Assembly: GCF_002571385.2 (NCBI RefSeq)
Contig: NW_019218111.1
Span: forward strand, 221,910 to 285,909
From: Stylophora pistillata
Lineage: Eukaryota
Length of the DNA stretch: 64,000 bases
Reading direction: 5' to 3'
The position numbers and the translations under genes were made by a program. This document shows positions 28,515-42,053 of the stretch, piece after piece. Every line of letters starts with the position of its first letter. Positions within the stretch are counted from its first letter, which is position 1. The notes under the pieces are model-generated. The model saw only the letters and a list, made by a program, of their open reading frames with translations, made no database searches and had not been told where the DNA came from.

Positions 28515-31500
28515 TAGGCCTTTCCGGTTTACGCCACTAAAACTAGCATTTTATGCTCCAAGAAATTCCGCTTTACGCCAAAATAAAAATTATCAAATTA
28601 TTCTCGATTCTTAAAATAATGCTACTTCGGTTTCAGAAAATGCTTTGTTTAATCTCAAGCAAAACGTAGAAACTCGAAGTCCTTAGCGCTTGTTGTACTG
28701 CGACATGACGCTGGCTTGGCGGTAGTCCGACAAGAGCACAATTCTGTTGTTCGTTGAAGGACGCCAGTCAGTATTCAAAATACTCTTACTGCCGTAGCAG
28801 ACGACGGTTGGACAAGGAGAACTTGCTTCACTACGGAAGCCCAACGAGGAAGTTGCTCCTCGTGCCCACACCACCAGTCGACTTTCTTCTCTTCAGTCGA
28901 GAGCCAAGTAGGCAAGGAGCTCGGCTTTGAGACCGTCGATGTTAGTATCACTATCCAGGAAAGGAAATGCTCTCAGAGACTCTACTAATGCATTTGTGGG
29001 CTTCATCCACTGGATCCTAACGGGGCAGAATAGTCTGGCAGCCTCTAATGCTACTACTACATCATAAAGATCGACATTGAACTTTCTCAAAAACTACGTA
29101 ATTGCCGGCTGAACACAAGCCTTGGCACTCCGTTCAAGTGCTGTTACGTTCTGATATGGGTCTTCCTCCGAAATTGCAGTTGCAACTGCACGGAAGTTAG
29201 GGAAACAAGGAGCTTGACAAAATTGGGAAACGGCGGTTACTTTCTCGTAACAAGCAAAAACCAAAGGACCATCACCTTCCAAAAAATACGTGGCTTTCAC
29301 AAAATGTTCGCCAACATCAATAGTGGCGGCAAGGTCAAGGTTCAAGTTCATTAGTCACTGTGGGTCACAGGCAGCCCAAGCTCACTACTAGAAAAGTGGA
29401 CGTGACTCTTACCGTGTTGCGCAACGTTTCATATTTATAAAGGTTTGTATGGGATGTTATCGGTTTGCCTTAAAAGAGAGAAAAAAATGTCTTGTTTTGA
29501 AATAAAATGGGCTTACCTTATTGCCTTGGTGTTTTCGTTGTTGATTCCTAGCGTCTCAGGCCATTTTGAAGCGTTTTCGGCGAGTTAGCGCTATGTTGGT
29601 GTTCAACTGCTAAAAGAAAGACAAGGCCGGAAACCTATTTAAGAAGTGTCCGTCGCCCGAAGCGAACAATTCCGCCAAAACTTTACCACCAGTCTCGATT
29701 CCTCCAGAAAATTAAAGCAGAGATGTTGCAGTTCCATTTCCATTCACTCGATTCCAATTCCTCCCACAGATCTTTCACTAGCGATGCTTTTATCTCCAGA
29801 TCGAGCGGCTTTCCAATTTCGAATTTGGCTGTTTGAAACATTTGTGGGCCCGTTCGCCGATCGCGCAGTATGTTGGGTAACAAAAATAAGCCCGGCGATG
29901 GTAGCCAGCGGCATGCAGTCGACAGACAAACCAGTTAGCTCCCCTGGTCCCCTCGAGAGGTTTTGTCAAGACCGCATTATTTTGATTACACCTTTCTATT
30001 CGATGTTGATTGGTCGATCAAAACAATGCGGTCTTGACAAAACCTCTCGAGGGGACCAGCAGGGGAGCTAACTGGTTTGTCTGTCGACTGCATGCCGCTG
30101 GCTACCATCGCCGGGCTTATTTTTGTTACCCAACATACTGCGCGATCGGCGAACGGGCCCACAAATGTTTCAAACAGCCAAATTCGAAATTGGAAAGCCG
30201 CTCGATCCGGAGATAAAAGCATCGCTAGTGAAAGATCTGTGGGAGGAATTGGAATCGAGTGAATGGAAATGGAACTGCAACATCTCTGCTTTGATTTTCT
30301 GGAGGAATCGAGACTGGTGGTAATTTTTTGGCGGAATTGCTCGCTTCGGGCGACGGACACTTCTAAAATAGGTTTCCGGCCTTGTCTTTCTTTTAGCAGT
30401 TGAACACCAACATAGCGCTAACTCGCCGAAAACGCTTCAAAATGGCCTGAGACGCTAGGAATCAACAAAGAAAACAACAAGGCAATAAGGTAAGCCCATT
30501 TTATTTCAAAACAAGACATTTTTTTCTCTCTTTTAAGGCAAACCGATAACATCCCATACAAACCTTTATAAATATAAAACGTTGCGCAACACGGTAAGAG
30601 TCACGTCCGCTTTTCTAGTAGTCAGCTTGGGCTGCCTGTGTGTGGGTCAGAAAGTATTGCTCGAAGTTGCGGCAATTGCTGTGGGCAAACTTTGGCGTCC
30701 TCTGCCCCTTCTACGAGCCTTGCGACATCTCCAAACTACACCATCAACTGATGATGCAACTCCCATTTGGACCACCATCTAGTCTCGATGTACGACCTTG
30801 GTGTTTGACCTGTTAGATCCTTCCATAACAGCTTGGCTTTACAACTACGGCGAAACATTCTAATCCAAAGGTTTCCGAACTCTACCAGTGTTGGGATCAC
30901 TAAATGGTTTCCCACGTTATCAAGAGTATGAGAGAAGCACACGACATTCAGCATCTTAGGGAATATAAATGCTATTCTGTCCAGTGCTGCTTGGTTCACG
31001 CTTTCACCGTCTCTCATGGCCGCGAGCAAGGAATTTACTCTGACCCCATAATCAACAGACAGACAGTGATTAAGAACTTGTGCTAGTTCGTTGTCATTAA
31101 CTGACTTACAGCAAACATCAATCATCACAAGCCGTTGGATAATGTTCCAGTTATTGTCCACAAAACGAACTATTATAGCAATTGCTTCCCCTTGTCTGGT
31201 GCTGTTGTCAAAAATGACTGAAAGACGGTTCCTTGTCATGCCAACTTGACCAGGCATTTCCAATTCTTGTTTACTCCGTTCAATTTCCTATTTCAAAGCC
31301 ATGGAAACATACTGTCCTAGATAAGAACTTCCAGTGAGTCGATAGCTGTTCTTCTCCAATAGAGACCGTACGTAGCATGTCTATTTTACTGATCGGGATA
31401 CCCGCCTTCAAAAACTCACTGACAACTTCGAGTCTGTAGGCACATTCTTCAATGGGCAACGTGCTATCTTTTGAACTTCCTTCTCTTCTGAATGCCTCGA

Positions 31501-32141
31501 TTATGGTCTGGTCTCTTTCAATTTCGACTTTTTCAACTACTCTTTACCGTTTTGATGCTTCTTGGACGAAATATGGATTTTCAGAACACTTTTCTTCGAG
31601 GAACCGATTTCTCTACATCCTCTGCAAAACAACTTTCCTTCTCTAACAATCAAATTCTCGCCTGGGAACTGCTTAACTCACTCATATAACGGGACTTTCG
31701 TTATATCGCTGTTTCCTCTCCGCTCGTAATTTTCACTGGTTGATTCTCAAGATCGATCTCGAGCTATTGTTGAAGGGACTGGTCTATGTTCTCCTTCAGA
31801 ATTTCCTTCTATGAGCTGCAAGTATCGAGAAGATGGCGTGGCACTGGCCGACGCCATCTTGTTTGTACATGCGCGTGAACGGCTTCTGAAAGTTAACCGC
31901 TGACCAGCTCCACTCAGTTCATACAGTTACAGAAATCCTTCTCTAAAACACAAAAGCAAATCATCGCAATGCTTTTGAATTCTAAAATTTAGCATTTAAA
32001 CTCTTTTGAGTGCTGAAATCTAAATCAAAGTTACGCAAAATGCGAAATAATGCTAGCAATTAATTTTACAGAAAAAGTGTGAAAAAATGCTTTTTTAACC
32101 ACATAATGCCAAAAAAATGATAGCTAATCGGGAAGGGCCTA
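28515..32141 (-). mobile_element. Degenerate hAT DNA transposon (pseudogenised transposase)
   Basis: TIRs TAGGCCTTTCCG and CGGGAAGGGCCTA. Perfect 8-bp TSD GTCGCTGC at 28507-28514 and 32142-32149. Transposase fragments SVIFDNST...IIVRFV, CFSHTLD (CxxH) and ETRWWS lie in several frames with stops. Confidence 0.9.
29366..30640. mobile_element. 1275-bp near-perfect palindromic element (P-like MITE/foldback) inserted into the hAT transposase
   Basis: Arms of about 620 bp around a spacer of about 30 bp. Termini CACAGGCAGCCCAAG...CTTGGGCTGCCTGTG. 7-bp TSD TGTGGGT at 29359-29365 and 30641-30647. Confidence 0.92.
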
Positions 32142-34066
32142 GTCGCTGCGGACTGACCCTGAACGTCATGGCGTAGCACGAAAATTTTTTTTAATCGAGA
32201 GGTTAGGACATGATATGAACCATGTTTATCTGCCGTGGGGAATTGACGGGGAAATCATCACGAATCACTGAGCAGTCATTATCACGGTTATGCAAATATT
32301 ATTTTTAAATGGAGACATTTTTCAATGCACTTGAATGGTAAAAAACAAGATGAAGAGATAGTATTAATTAAAGTCGTTGACGAGGTAGAGTGCATGATTT
32401 GATATGTGTTTAAACCGCGTTTAAAGATAATTCGCTTTCGACCTTGATCACGGTTCGTACCTGCTTGTTTAAGACAGAAAACCGGCTAGATTCTGTAAGT
32501 AGTCGAAATTCACAACAACCTCAAAATAGATTAAATTCATGAAGTAGTCGATATGTGATATGAGGTAGTCTTCATATTATAATAATTTCAATGAAAGAAA
32601 GTGAAATTTGATTATTACTTGATGCGGTTTGCGAACCTTGAAGATATTCTGTCCAGTTCGAGATTTTGTAACGGGAGAATGGTAACGCCCCGCTTGACCT
32701 ACTTATGAAGCCATTTTTAAGCTGTTTTTCCGATGCTCTTTGTCATGGACGGTTGCGTTTGTTTGTTTTGCATTCGCTTTATTTAGCAAGGAGCATTGCT
32801 GAAAGGTTTGATTTGCGTATTCGTTATTAACCTATGTCTCCATTTCTTAACGTTTCTAAATAGCATAAGTGCGCCTTGACTGTCACTTGAATAGCACTGC
32901 GATCTTTCCCTTGGATGTTTTTTGATTTTGACAGAGAAACATATATCAAAAATAAATATTAAGTAAAAAAAACACCAGAGGCCTTGATTAGTGCAAAACT
33001 TGTTTTGTGAGGAAAGCATTGCTTCTATCGAGTTAATTTAGATCTTCAATCCAAGTTACGATTTCAAATCGTTTCAAGAAGAATGCGCTGGCGATATGTT
33101 TTTCTCCTCGAAAAATGCTTAGGATTTGGTGATGGGGACCTTCTTTCCAACGGCGTTTGAAACTGTTATCACTTTTCGCCGGTAAAGATCGGAAAGTTTG
33201 AAACTCATAGTGTGGTTATATTATTTTGGTTAATTTTACATACAAGTAACTTCTTTTGCAGTAGCAAACAGAAACAACACTCCAGTATGGTTTAGGAAGG
33301 TAATATTGCTTTAATTTCTTCTCTCTTTACAATTTTCTTTGATTATTTCTAAATTTAGTTTCGAATTTGCATTGACTATCCCTTAAAAGCCCAAGTGCAT
33401 GCTTATTTTAAATTGATTAATACAAGTGACGTGATACGAGTTACGCCATTTCATTCACTTTACTTTGGGGTTGTTTCCTTGAGCGTGTTGCATAAAAACA
33501 CTGCTATGATTGACAATCCTTGATAGTTTGAAATTCGGCTCGAACCCATTTGGCTAGTAAGCGGCCTCTGTCATACAATTAAAATTTACTATTCCGCATT
33601 TGATATTAGTCGTCTCTGTCGCAGTCACTTAACTTAATGTGGCGATTTAATTGCGTGCTATTTAAAGCTACAAAGTGTCCCCGATTTTGTTCTTCTGAAA
33701 AGCGACACTCGAAACAGAATGTTTTATAATTCTCGCTTTACCTTTAATTTGTGGCTTACATTGTCTAAAGTTTGTATCGAAAGCAATCGTTTTTACGTAA
33801 GGCAAACATCGGAATCCCGGACCCTAACAATCTTTTTTTCTCCTTCTGCTTGGTGATAGCTTTGATATTGCTAATATTCTCGCGCCGCAGCAGTTTTTTG
33901 AAAGCAGAGGATAGATAGCATTTTCAGCAATTTCACCAATTGTTTTGTCGGTACAATTTTGATCTTGACACGTCATAAGCTATTTGAGCGGAATCTTGTA
34001 TTCACTGAAGAAATGTCATTTTCCTTTTAGTCAGCCAAGCTGTCGTTACGTGATTCTTGTGTCATC

Positions 34067-34414
34067 CTAGGTGCTGATTACACGTTCACAGTAAAGTTCG
34101 AACAGCTCATCCCAACGTCGATTGACGTCTGTTTCACTGTCTGCAATGTAGCCCTTTCTAAATTGCATGTCACGGCGGCTTCCTCTGTGTGGAAGAAAGT
34201 GTCCATTTGAGCGAAAAGTCCTATCTGCCAGATCGTTGGCCAATTCCTTGAACTCGCGTAACTTTTCGGTAATGCTTTTCCTGCGAGGTTTAGGAGGTGT
34301 AAAATAAAAGATCTCTTCAAGATCAACGGACCAACGCACTTGCTTCGCAGAGTTTGCCGGCGAATTTGAGACATGGTCACAACTAACGGATTTTGTGAGG
34401 GTCATTTTGCTCAT
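34067..34414 (-). CDS. Small intronless protein, putative PP1-docking family member 3 (115 aa)
   Basis: LTKSVSCD, KQVRWSVDLEEIFYFTP, RRKSITEK and RWDELFELY. Confidence 0.82.
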   Translation of the reverse strand: MSKMTLTKSVSCDHVSNSPANSAKQVRWSVDLEEIFYFTPPKPRRKSITEKLREFKELANDLADRTFRSNGHFLPHRGSRRDMQFRKGYIADSETDVNRRWDELFELYCERVIST

Positions 34415-37400
34415 TTTGCCTCAGACACGAACTTTCAGTTTCGTGTTACTTGCTTCGATACGTTCTTTTGTGATCAGCCGATGACTTCCTCAGACTGAGA
34501 ATACTTCGTATATTGTTTTTAGCCGGTATATTTTTGCGGTAAGCCGCAGGGAATCTGAGGTTTATTGCACTTAACAACCTTCTTCATTTGCATTTAACAT
34601 CCGAATGTTTTTGTCGCTCTGTCCAGAATGTTCTACAGAAGCCATTAAGAGTTTTTCTCGACTCCCCATCCTCTGTCCACAGAATAGAAATAAACCCACG
34701 GCATTGTATTATTTTTAGCGTTTGTTTTTCTAAAACGAGCTGGAATATTACATACATTTTCATAGTGACTTCATAATTTAACTCAGTTGATTGAAAACCC
34801 AACTAAACTAAATGACTTTGAAGCTGTACGTGATCTAACAACAGCTACAGTTTTCCTCTTGTTTCCGGGAAAAAAAAGTTTGCATTTTTCGGCTGTGTCG
34901 GTCTAACTTGTGGTGTCTGCAATATTGCCTCCAGAGTATTTTCCCATAGCAAATATAAACAGAAGTGTTTTCACAGGATGATATAAAAAAGAAACAGGCA
35001 TATGTCATATTTTATGGTTTTTAAGTATTGGAAAGGAAAAATAGAAGTATATATATATTTATATCTTCTGTATATACTTCTGTATGTACATTTTTCAAAC
35101 GTTTTATTGTTAATCTAAACGAAATTCAGCCTGTGGCTGTAATGTTTTCGTTAGCTAAGTATCTATCCATCGGTATCATTCTAATTTATGTTTACTGAGC
35201 AGGTGTTTTTAACCTAACGTCAATCCCCATTGGTTGAATCTGCCTCACTGCATTAAAAAGTCACAAGAGGTTGAGCCGCTATAGTGGGAGGAAAGTTTGT
35301 TTATTTGTTCTATTGATACATTGTTGACTTCTTTCCTCTCTTCTTTCTCTTCATAACTGATTTTGTACCATTCTTATTGAGGATTCACGTACATTGATTT
35401 CTTTTTAAAAGAGAACCTTACATGCACGTCTAACTTTATTTAGAGGCGCACGTAAATTACATAAAAACGACTTTCCAATGTGCTTCATGCATGGAAGAAG
35501 TGTTAACATAAATTTCAAATTCTTCCTGAATATATTTTAAGTGAACGTGTATCATGAAGGGACGCCTCTGCAAGTAAAGGAAGGAAAAACTGAAAGAAAG
35601 AACAATTTCCTGAAGGAACTGTTTGTCAATTCACTAAATGATTTATCAACGAACTTTACTCCAGTATCATGAAAATGTAGGAAAAGTGCAGTAAATACAC
35701 TTCAAGTGTTGTCAATTCTTAAGAGGCGTCAGAAAACTTAAATGACTTGTAAAGGTTGCGCACTGAATTATTTTTGTGTATCCGTAAACAAGACTCATTT
35801 GTGTAAGCTTCAAGTCTGCAAAGTGACCAATCTTGGTCTTTTTTTTTTGTTTTGTTTTGTTTTTTTTCACGTTTTCATTTGCTTAAGGTAAGCTACATAA
35901 TAAAAACAAACTCAAAACAGGCCCTGAAGATATCCAAGGAGTGGTCATGCGTAAATAAGATTTCATTTTCATTTTTGCCGAAGTGACTCGTGGACGCAGC
36001 GCATATCATTATCATTTGTTAACACTGTAGTCCAGCATTTTGGAGGAGAACAGGTCTTTGCAGACGACCGAAAAGTATTCGCCATGAAATTTTGTACGAG
36101 AACTGAATACGAAAATTGTTTAATGACAGTTGGCCAGCGTTCATCCAATAGAGTGTAATACGAGAAATGCCACATCACAGAGAGGTTTTCTTTTGGGGAA
36201 TTCTTTCCAGGAATGAATAAAGCCACTAATTCAAGGACTTTTCTGAAAATTCTAAAGTAAAAGTTTTTGTGAGAGTGCGTTGATAAGGTTTTAGTAGCGT
36301 CACAATTCACTAGTTACTTCGGGCTTAACAGCTCGTGGTCCCTCGTCTCTTTAAGTGCACAGAGCTTAAAGAATTTTAAGCTATTGGGACTTCACTTTCC
36401 TTGCCCTGCAGGATTTATAAATTATCCCATGAAAACCCTGGCTGTAAGTGAAACGGGTCATATTTCGTGTAGACCCAGTTAAATGCCTTGAAAGCTTCTG
36501 CGAGTTAAACTGAATTAGTACCAGGCCGGATATCGGGTAACTTAAAGGCTAAGGAGGACCAAATAATGGGCTGTTTCCACATGATAACTCAAACCGGAGA
36601 CCTACCAAGTCAGACGGTGAAAGTTAAGTTTAGCCCGACAAATTTGAACCAGAAAAAGGGGTCAAATCGGATCAAAACCGTAAGAACAAGGAAAGCCCAT
36701 GCAAAAACTGAGTGCCGATTGCAACAAGTTTAGGCTGGTACCGTTAGGGAAGCTCCTAATTGAGATTTTATGAAATAAAATTTATTCTTATCCCGAGAGT
36801 TAACGACGAAACCCCTGTCATAGGTGAAAAAAAAATGCTTTGTACATACATTTACACTTTGAGTAAATTATGATAAGATTCCAGTTGACTAGAATATGTC
36901 ATAGTCTTCGTGTATGACACATGGTCAGAGATGTCACCTCAAACATTATCAGAGCACCAGTTTATCTGGCACCCATTGGCGCTCTTGCGTCCTTGTTGAG
37001 GTGGTTTTGCTACTATTATTAGCCGTAAGTGGTAAGAGCTAATCTCCTATCAGATTAGTTCCGTTGTAAGGCGCCGAAACTTCTTATGAAATGCTGTAGT
37101 ACAAAAATAAAACTGAAGTAGATCGACTCGTCAGATATGAGATATGTTAATGAATTGTGAAGCTTATACGTGACCAAATGAAGTGCAGCTGTTGTACTTG
37201 CGGTGCGACTACGGTGTCGTTGCGCAATTTTACCAAAAGTAAAAAGAGAGATAAATGAAAGACCACACAACGAAATTACACCCTTCCATTTGTCTCGCTC
37301 CCAACGAATTATTCTTTTTCCCTTATGTAACTTCATTGTGCATATTTCGGATCAGTTTCCAAGAAAAAAATTTTAGCACACCAAATTGCACACACCAATT

Positions 37401-38331
37401 GGTGGATATACTGAATAACCAACAAGCTACTGATTACATGTATGCATCTATCATTTACAGAGGAAAAAATACCGAGGAAATCTGAGGTGGTGTGGATGTT
37501 AACATGGATCTGAATCGTTAATCGATTAGCAATAGACACGGGAGAGCCGAGTTTCAACTTGTTACATTTCAGACGTTTATTCATAAAAGAATATATTAGA
37601 CATTGGGGATAATTAGTAGTTACCCTGATTCCTCTTGCGGGTAAAGTGTTAGTTTGATTAAAGAAGAAATAAAATTAAGGAAGATCCCATCTTTTGAACT
37701 TAAACCACAGAATTATCGGAATCTTCAAAAACCCAATTTCTATTTTTATGTTTATGTATGAACCGCACATTTTACGCATTAATATTTGAAGAATCATTTT
37801 AAAAATATCGCGAGGTGATAAAAATGAAGTACGTCAGCGAGGGCCCAATTGCACACTTCATACAAAAGAATTGTTTGAACCTCGCTCACCACTAATATTA
37901 GAAATAATATATTTAAGTCGATCCATTGCGAAATACATGATAGGAGAGCTGATTTTTCTCTCCGGTCGAGTTCGCTGACTAATCTTGGATTTTGAAGGCA
38001 AAGATGTAAGAGCTGAGGCAGTTGAAAGATTGGCTAGTTTTGTTAGTAAAAGGGATTCGAGGTCACTTTCCTTCCACTAAAGTTCGTAAAACGATTGTTC
38101 GAATTGCACGTGAAGAAAGAGTAATTTATGACACCTTCTGTAGAAATAAATAAGCTTGGAAGTCAACATCTGACTCAGCAAGTTTTTCAAATATGTAAAA
38201 AAAAACGACGACGAACAGCTGTCAGTTGATACCGTAGAAATTGGCCGGCCAGAACTTCCTGTATCAGTGCCAACCTGATTCACAGCACTGATTGAGATCC
38301 TATAAAGCCTGTGCTCTTTTGCTCTTTGTTA

Positions 38332-38706
38332 CTAGTGAGTTTCTCTGTTCGTGTAAATGTCAAACAATAAATCCCATTGTTTGTTATACTCCTCAAAGGT
38401 TTGAAAGCCGGAATTATGTGCGAAGCAGTTCGTATTTCGCCGTAGTTGTTTTACTCTAGATTCGCTGATAAGTGTGAAAGCTCGGAGAACTTCCGCTTTC
38501 TTTTTCGCTTTATTGAATTTCCTCCTGATACTCTCGCTCCTGCTTCTATGCGGCACAAAATAGCGGACCTCCTCAAGATCATTGGACCACTGAACGCTTT
38601 TCTTCCTTGCTGATTTGCTTCTTCTTTGTCTCAGCCTCTCTTGCCTATACTCGGCGCCATGGCAAAAGCTTGTAAATTCACAACTCATTGATCTGCGTAA
38701 AGACAT
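38332..38706 (-). CDS. Small intronless protein, putative PP1-docking family member 4 (124 aa)
   Basis: LRRSMSCE, KSVQWSNDLEEVRYFVP, RSESIRRK and QWDLLFDIY. Confidence 0.82.
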   Translation of the reverse strand: MSLRRSMSCEFTSFCHGAEYRQERLRQRRSKSARKKSVQWSNDLEEVRYFVPHRSRSESIRRKFNKAKKKAEVLRAFTLISESRVKQLRRNTNCFAHNSGFQTFEEYNKQWDLLFDIYTNRETH

Positions 38707-41700
38707 GATTCTTTATGAAATTAAAAGTTGACAACCAGTTTGATTACTGCCGTGTGATGTGTTAGGAGTTAATCTTGAAAAGGAGGAAACTGCCCGGCAA
38801 GCCGGCGAAAGTTTCAATTACAGAATTGTAGTTGCCTTGAATGGCGAAACTAAGATATGTATGTACGCGTTAAAATTTTTTCTTTATAACAATCGTGGGT
38901 CAGATTACGCGTTTATGAAAAGGGCACAAGTTGATTAATAATTAATTTTGTGTCATGATTGCAGCTTGATAAAGGGAAGGAGAGTTGTTCCAATGCGGTT
39001 AAAAGTTGCTTATTATTATGTTAAGGATTCTAAGGACACCTCCGCCCCCTCAATCAGTGAGAGCTTTTGCAGCTGAGGACTAAATACTCGTTACTCCTCG
39101 TACTATGCACCATGGGAAGCTTTAAAATGTCATTCCCCACCCCCCACCCCCCCCGCGCAGTTTTCATGATTTTCGGCGGGCGTCGCAATTGATCATTCCC
39201 ACATTGATAGCGACGAGAGTAAATCGACTAAACTTTGCGAATCGCCATTTAAATATCACGAGCAGTTTAGAATTGTTATCTGCCCCCTCTATTTGAAGGG
39301 CCTTCTTTTCTCTAAGAGAAAAACTATTATAACTGTACAGTAACATTTTTTAAAAATGGTCGATACGGACGGTCAGAGCCACTTTACGATACTTGCATTT
39401 TGAATATTTAATCTGCGCTAAGAATCAAACAGGTAAAACAACAAGGTCTTACGAAACAGGTAGAAAGTACGAGATAACTTCTGTCCTTTGTAAGTCGAGC
39501 CTATTTACTTTTTAAACATTGCCAACAAAAATTCATAGCGAAAAAAACTGACCTTTCGTAAGAAAAGAAAATTGTGCTTCGTTTTAACCATTGCATCATT
39601 TCAGTCAGTAGTTCTCTCCTTGCGTCTACTTGAACTGTACAACAACAAAAAAGCACCTGAGGGATTTTCAACTTGCATTTCCGTCATGACGCCAGCACTT
39701 TTTTTTTTTAAATTGATCCGATTTATCGAGTTATGAAATAGCGGAAGCAACGGGGTAGACTCGTCCCACACAAAATTACACAGGAGGTTTAAAGCTCATG
39801 AGCTATCGTTGATCATTGAACCCAAACAAGACAAACACAATGGTTGGCCCCTGTGTTTTACGAACTTCCTCGACATTACCGGAAACAAAGTTCGTGAACA
39901 CTCGGCCTAATCTCGGACAAAGTACAAGAAAATATCAGAATAATTTGCGGGGGTGGTCCTTTCTTTTGAGACAGGTCTCTTCATCGGAGAATGAAAAAAG
40001 AAGAAAAGTTTTTTTTTAATTTTAAAGCCGAGCTGTCTGTTTTGTTGCCACCAGTTGCTATATGTTTGATCCACATTTGGGTCCAAAAGTTGTCACAAAT
40101 TATTCGGATACTCCATTTGTGAACTGTCAAATCTGTTTCAGTTTATTGAAAATTTAGCTTCTTCAATGAAATAGCTAAAGAAATAATATTCAGTCCAGAG
40201 TATGTTGTAAAGTCTACGGTCTTCTTGTTATCTTCTGTTGTAAGGCTCAATGTTCGTTCTTTTGATCTATTTTCCTTTTAGAAGTCATTCTTTGATTTGA
40301 GGCAGGTTTGGTTACACAATTTCAGGCTGATTGAGCGGAAGCAAGCTATGGGTTCGTCGGTTACACCGGCCACACAATTTCCGTTTTACCGCAACTATTT
40401 CACTTTCTTCATTTTGTTATCAGTTATCCATTTATATTTACTCCTTCGTCGGAGTGTGACTTGTTTGCATCATCACACAGAGATCGCTGGAAATTCAATT
40501 ATTTAGATTAGTCTGTTGAACCAACAAGATCTCAGTCAGTATTGATTAACTTTACAATATAGAGGCGTCCAAAAAGGTTTCAATTTAATATTCAACTCCA
40601 ACAGATCCAGTAAACAGAAGCAATTTACTATCTCTCGCCCTTTTAGGCCTTTATGCCGCAGTAAAATGTCACTGTTCCTGCCGCTGTTCCCGAAAAAAAA
40701 AAACCAATTCGTTAATTCGCTTCTCGATGAGAGATTGATCGTTGATCTCCGAGAGAGAACTTTTTTATGTTCAAATGATAAGAAAAACACTTAGTCTATG
40801 TTCTTGATTTCCTTCAGTGTTCTTGATGTGCATTTTAGCTGGAATTTTATTTTGCTTCAAAAGATGACAGTTTATCAGTCGCCCTCGGCGCCAACATTTA
40901 AAACAACTGATTTTTAACTGATTGACTAGAGTCCGTTGTGCGTTTCAAAATTCTTTTTTTATCACAAGCCGGGTATTAAATCTATGCTAAAAAAGGCGGC
41001 GGCGAGCGAGAGAGCTAGAACCCTGTTTGAATTATCTGACGAATTGCCCTTTGTCCATACTCATGAATGTTAAACTTGTCCTGGTTTAAAGTTTTTTTTT
41101 TCTTTTTTTGTTCAACGCAGTTTTTCCGTTTGAGAGGCAAAACGTTTAATAGTCTAAAATCATTTGTGTCCATGCAAGCATAGATATACAGGCCAGTGAT
41201 GTATCGCGTATCTGTAGCACAGTCGACAATTGCAAGGAAGAGGGCCTTAGATGTCTCTTCGACTGCGATTCCTTTCAGCTGCTAAATGAAAATCTTTTTG
41301 CGGTTATTTCCCGGATGCTACGCTAAATTTAATTCTGGTGGCACCCCTTAAGCCAGTGCCCTTAGGGAAAATAATATAATAGCGCGACATATTTTTGGAA
41401 AGATTTTATATTTTCTGACCTATAGGTGTGAAATCAATCTTGTGATACGTTACATAAATATAACACGTTATAATTGAAACATACTCTTTACTCATCACTA
41501 AAAGAGCACATAAGCGATCTCACTTTCGATTATTACGCTTGCTGTATTACCTGCTTCCCCTATTGGAAATTAACATAATCATTCACATTGATCAAAAATA
41601 ACGTTGTAAAAAAATACGAACTCGTTTACTGTATTAATCATTTTTCCTTAATATTAAAATATTGTATTTGTTACTGTACACGTATATAAATACAAATGAT

Positions 41701-42053
41701 CGCGTTTCCGAGCAGGTTAATGGTTGGCCTGATAATTTTCTGCTATAAAAATGTTCAGAGGAAAAATCTTTTTGTTATAAATTATAAAAGCTCCTTGCTG
41801 CGAAAATTTACATGTTCCCTTATTGACCTCATAATTTTTTGAAGAGATTTACGATGTACTGGTTGATTTTATTGTTTTTTTTTTTCGTAACACTCTCTAT
41901 GCATCAAGCTTCTTCTTGACTGATCGCTAAGTCACTTGTTCCACTATGAACTGCGTCTTTGGAAACTCCTCCGCAAAAGGTTGACGGCAAGGGATAAAAT
42001 TTCCATAAACTGAATAAACCATAAGTGAGATGGACTCCCCGTAAGTCTGTGTC

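Noticed and set aside
29646-30360. Mirror-image ORF pairs resembling duplicated genes
   Set aside because: They result from the palindromic MITE and show no recognisable domain.
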